This document shows positions 62,961 to 64,000 of a stretch of DNA of 64,000 nt, piece after piece. The position numbers and the translations under genes were made by a program. Source of the stretch: Felis catus (Eukaryota); contig NC_058368.1 in the NCBI RefSeq assembly GCF_018350175.1, forward strand, positions 185,010,001 to 185,074,000, in the 5' to 3' direction. Positions within the stretch are counted from its first letter, which is position 1. Each line of letters begins with the position of its first letter. Below the pieces are notes generated by a model, which did no database searches, was not told where the DNA came from, and saw only the letters and a program-made list of their open reading frames with translations.

Positions 62961-64000
62961 CCAAGGCTAAAGGCTTAGTATTCTCTCAGAGTCTTTGGTT
63001 TATGGCTCTTGGCAATTCATCTCTTAGATCATCTTCATTTGCTCACTACCTGGGAGGAGCTGCAGGTTAGGAGAGGTTCCTGCTTCCCCAGGATCTTCAT
63101 TCAGGAAGGATTTCCTGTAAGCTTTAAACTCGGCCAGTCACTGCAATCAAAATTTACAAATTATGTAATCTGGTTGGTGCCCAGCCCAAAGTTTTGCATT
63201 ATTCTTGTCAGAGTGGGAAAATGTTGGGGAAAGGAAAAAGAAGTGATATTCACTCCATATGATTTTTAAAAGCTATCCTGCATGAATATTCAAGACCCTC
63301 GCCAGCGCCATTCACAGCAGAGAAAGGCTGGCCTAACATTTGCTCTGTCAAGTGTAGTTTTTTTTCTCTCCAGACAATTTTATGTAAAATATCTACTTTA
63401 TAAAAAAGGAAATTAAAGTTGATTTGAGATGCTAGGAATGGATATATGAAGCCACTGTGTGCTTTGATAATTCTGTGTCTGAGTGATTACAAATACCTCA
63501 ACACTTCAGATTCTACAGAGTTCTTTGTCAGGAAATTGCAGAATCATTCATTCCTTGTATACACCATCTTAAGAACAAACCATGGAAGAGCTTTTGCTAA
63601 AGAGAACTATTTAATGACTACACAACTTAAGAATATTTACATATCAAATGTAAAGCTTGGGAAGGATCCTGGAAATAAAAATAAATCCTCTTAGAGGGGA
63701 TCAAGGCTAGAGTCAAGTTGGCTTTCAGATTGGCACATGCTGGCTTTTAGATTGGAATCTGGTTTCTTGAGCTGATCAGAGCATATTCTAGGCCCTAAGG
63801 ATTGCTCAAAAACTTTTATTTTAACACTCTTCCCAGACTCCGTTTATCTCAAAAGAGAAGAAACAGGCTGATCTGCATTCTGCAACAGACTGCCCCAGAG
63901 CCTCTGCAGTGTGAAGATTTGAAATTGACTTTCTCCCTCGAGGATGTTTCTTGGATGCAGGAGGAGAAGAAAAGTCAGCTAAGCCAAGGCATCTTTAAAG

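Noticed and set aside
1..64000. Novel multi-gene, defence or CRISPR-like system
   Set aside because: The sequence is mammalian repeat-rich non-coding DNA with no operon, no long ORFs and no regularly spaced repeat-spacer array. The recurring ~200-bp repeats are ordinary Can-SINEs.

Overview
Mammalian (carnivore, almost certainly felid) genomic DNA. It is AT-rich, CpG-poor and has no recognisable host protein-coding exon. The window is intronic or intergenic and dominated by transposable elements: about 33 tRNA-Lys-derived Can-SINEs of the feline long type, several 5'-truncated LINE-1 3' ends (two retain ORF2 C-terminal reading frames), MaLR/ERV solo LTRs, hAT and Tc1/mariner MITEs (MER5, MER20, MER44, MER53, MER58, MER102-like), MIR and L2 relics, and microsatellites. 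Almost all ORFs in the track come from SINEs, L1 or simple repeats. I see no prokaryotic-type system, CRISPR array or RNA gene. The most unusual structure is at about 50.1-50.3 kb. A 128-bp, 127/128-identical copy of unique sequence from 1.4 kb downstream sits inside a microsatellite. It is followed by short fold-back (inverted) copies of the right flank joined by microhomologies, which looks like a templated repair scar. Other notable items are a 94-bp L1 insertion with a perfect 16-bp TSD, repeated reuse of single insertion sites, an old 140-bp local duplication, a tight inverted SINE pair and a strong CTCF motif. Repeat family names are from memory of consensus sequences, and boundaries of old elements are approximate.
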